Positions 61,300 to 64,000 of a DNA stretch of 64,000 nt are shown here, piece after piece. Under the pieces are notes generated by a model that saw only the letters and a program-made list of their open reading frames with translations, was not told the DNA's origin and ran no database searches. The position numbers and the translations under genes are program-made. Each line of letters begins with the position of its first letter. Position 1 is the stretch's first letter. Source of the stretch: Leidyana gryllorum EB-2025a (taxonomy: Eukaryota > Protista > Apicomplexa); NCBI GenBank assembly GCA_048772705.1, contig JBLWGC010000230.1:1612001-1676000 (forward strand), read 5' to 3'.

Positions 61300-62725
61300 A
61301 TGAGGGTGGACCCCTGGAGATTCTGGAGAGACCAGCTGGGCGCTCCGCGCTATGTGTTGGCGCCAATGGTAAACCAGAGCGAATTTCACTTCCGGATGTT
61401 GGTGAAACGGTATAACTGTCACATGACGTACACGCCCATGCTCCATGCCCGGTGAGTTAGTTAGTTGGTGAGGTGTCCAGACGTGTGCAGGTTGTTCTTG
61501 GAGGATCCGAAGTATCGTGAAAAGTTCATGCCGAGTCTCCATGTTGAGAAGGGGGCACTTATTGCTCAGTTCTGCGCCAATGATCCGGAAATGTTGGTTC
61601 AAAGCGCGAATTTATTGGCCGACCGCGTTGATGCGGTAGACATCAACTGCGGGTGTCCGCAAGGAATAGCTAGACGGGGGAATTACGGGGCTTATCTGCT
61701 GAACGATCCGGATACCATAGTGTGAGTGGCGGTGTCGATGACACCGAAAGACGTTTCTTTGTCTGCAGAGCAATGGTAGCCGCTTGTGCGGAGAGGCTCT
61801 CGTGCCCGATTTTTGTCAAGATTCGTGTGATTGATCTTGAGGATTTGACGAGTACCATAGAATTGGCTCAGCGGTGCGAAGCCGCCGGGGCCGCTGCGAT
61901 GTGTATCCATGGAAGGACACCCTCGATGAAAGGGCAATTCACAGGTCCTCCAGATTGGGATGCTATCAAGATCTTAGTGAACGTTCTAAGAATACCCGTG
62001 ATTGCGAATGGAGGAGTTAGAAGTCGTGAAGACGCTGATAAGCTCCTTGCAGTGACTGGGGCCGCGGCCGTTATGTCAGCTGAAGGGCTGCTCGAGGATC
62101 CCAGTTTGTTCGCAAGCGAGAGGGCAGACGTCGACGACCTTATGGTTGAACTCTGTGATTTATACCGACAGTAAGCGGACCTTTGCCAGAGCTCAATTCT
62201 CACTTTTCTCTTTGTCTATATAGATATCCGCATCGCGAGTTCTTGCCTTGCCTCAAGGCTCATCTGTTTCACGCTTTGCATACTGGTCTGCAAGTACATA
62301 CGGATTTGCGTGCTGCATTGGCTGAGGCGAAGACTCTGGATGACTATACGTCGATAGCTAACAACATGCGGGACAGACGACGAGGTTTACCGAAATCAAT
62401 GAAGTTGGGATGGTATATGCGACATCGGAAGCCCCTTATTAAGAGTGGTTGTGAAGACGAGTGTCATGTGGAATTGTCCACAACGACCTCTTCCACCAAT
62501 AATCAACATGGAGATTCAGAACCACTTTTTGGGGCGCTGGGCTTCCGACTCCGTTTAGCTCTTCTTAGACATATCCGGGGGGGGCTAATCTTTCTCACAA
62601 CTACAGCTTGGAGATGGAGTAAAAGTGTGGTCTCAACCATCTTCACCTCTGTCGTCCCGATGGGATTTAGTTCCACGCCAGATGATCTCACTGATCGCCA
62701 AAGGAGGGAACCTGATGATAGATAG
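61300..62725 (+). CDS. DUS1: tRNA-dihydrouridine synthase 1
   Basis: LAPMVNQSEFHFR, YTPMLHAR, LIAQFCANDP, DINCGCPQGIARRGNYGAYL, HGRT, PVIANGG, VMSAEGLLEDP. The exact C-terminus is uncertain. Confidence 0.9.
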
Positions 62726-63127
62726 CGCATGCCGTATGGCGGGGCGCTTCTACTGGCAAAATCTCATATCAATAGAGCCGTTTGCTGACACCCTCCCTTC
62801 GGTCGCCTGCTATTCGACTATACCCAATACACGACCCATCAACTAGTTGTACACTGAAACTGACTATATTCATGTCCTAAGAGCACCGCCAACACGCTCG
62901 CGCGTGGTGGTTGGCGACTTCCTCGATCACATCCTGGCATGCATCAGTAATCTGTGACTCGCGGCAGTTTCTAAGCCGTATTCGAGGCCCTCACCACGTC
63001 TTGCGAGGTCGACTTAAGTGTCTGGGGCCCGAAACATGAGCTGGTGGGACTTATGGCAACGTGGGCGTGCCACGCAGGCAGTGTGTGTCATGTGTGTCAA
63101 GTGTTGCGTCGAGCGCTCATTTCTAAT

Positions 63128-64000
63128 ATGATATCCCTAAGCTTGTTGACGGCGGCCGCGCTGATAGGGACCCTGCGAGGTCAGGAACAGTGTCCGGAAC
63201 AGTTCAGGGACCCCGGAGTACCACTAATTGAGCGTTCCGAACTCAAGGGTAGACAAGGAGTCGAGAGGTATATCACCCGAGAGGCGTTCGAACTGATGTT
63301 CACGGGCCGGCATCATGTTGCGAGTTCATGTCAGGGTGGTATTGAGGGTTTGAACTACGACGGTTTCGTGAGCGCAGCGAATTTCTACTCGGATTTTGCC
63401 AATGGACCCAATGACGAGGTGAATGCTCAGGAAGTGGCTGCATTTCTGGCCCATGTATCCCAAGAAACGAGTGGAGGCTGGGCTACGGCGCCTTGTGGAT
63501 CTCACGCTTACGGTTTGTGCTTTATCGAAGAAGTCGGGTGTGAGAAGGGTTCCTGCACTGGATATGGGAACGATCCCGGATCTGTCTGTGTCAACGCTGG
63601 GTATGGTTTCAGCTGTCCAGCAACTCCCGGGAAGACCTACCACGGCCGTGGACCCATCCAGCTGTCTTATAATTACAATTACGCGCTCTTTTCGCACGAT
63701 TTCTATGGCGATCATCAGGTGCTGTTGGACAATCCCGAGCGGGTCAGAGAGTGAGTGAATACAAGTAGGACACTCTTCCTTCATCTGAAAATTGACCATT
63801 CGAGCAGTAACAGCACTGTCGCATGGGCTTCCGGTCTCTGGTTTTGGATGAAGCCGCAGCCCCCGAAGGATTCGTGCCACGAAGTGATGCAGGGAGAGAA
63901 GGTTTACGTTCGACCCGGACAAACTGGTGGTTTTGGACTGACCACTCTTATCATCAACGGAGGTGTCGAGTGTGGCGGATGTCGCAACGAGTTGGACAAA
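63128..64000 (+). CDS. Secreted glycoside hydrolase family 19 chitinase, 3' partial
   Basis: Signal peptide MISLSLLTAAALIGTLRG; EVAAFLAHVSQETSGGWATAP, YGLCFIEE, YHGRGPIQLSYNYNY, WFWMKPQPPKDSCH, GFGLTTLIINGGVECG. One intron ~63750-63807. Confidence 0.93.

Noticed and set aside
1-64000. Apparent frameshifts, pseudogenes or stop-codon recoding between adjacent ORFs
   Set aside because: The breaks examined were resolved by canonical GT-AG introns in the right phase under the standard code.

Overview
Eukaryotic, very gene-dense nuclear DNA with short GT-AG introns (mostly 30-90 nt) and tiny intergenic spacers. Gene content (malate:quinone oxidoreductase, bacterial-type type-I glutamine synthetase, calcineurin A, PPR protein) fits a compact apicomplexan or related alveolate, gregarine-like (inference). 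About 28 protein-coding genes were spliced by hand. In order: partial NSS/SLC6 transporter, ~1,800-aa PPR protein, TOG/CLASP protein, glutamate-cysteine ligase, DEDDh exonuclease, large alpha-solenoid protein, EMC7, ABCF3, PLPBP, TTC4/Cns1, GlcNAc-6-P deacetylase, calcineurin A, UNC-93/NGT1-like MFS transporter, patatin TAG lipase, TRAPPC5, MQO, ~3,300-aa BRWD/PHIP-like protein, BAP31-like protein, glutamine synthetase, Arp10/11, DUS1 and a partial secreted GH19 chitinase, plus several orphans. Most notable: (i) a candidate chitin/GlcNAc scavenging system (GH19 chitinase, NGT1-like transporter, NagA, ammonia-assimilating GS); (ii) repeated head-to-head gene pairs with only 26-70 nt between start codons, each spacer carrying an A/T tract; (iii) a BRWD protein with many SIM-like motifs and an ePHD finger; (iv) a giant PPR protein with no obvious organelle-targeting peptide. 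No rRNA, tRNA, CRISPR array or transposon was recognised. All gene models are manual and unverified by RNA data or database searches.
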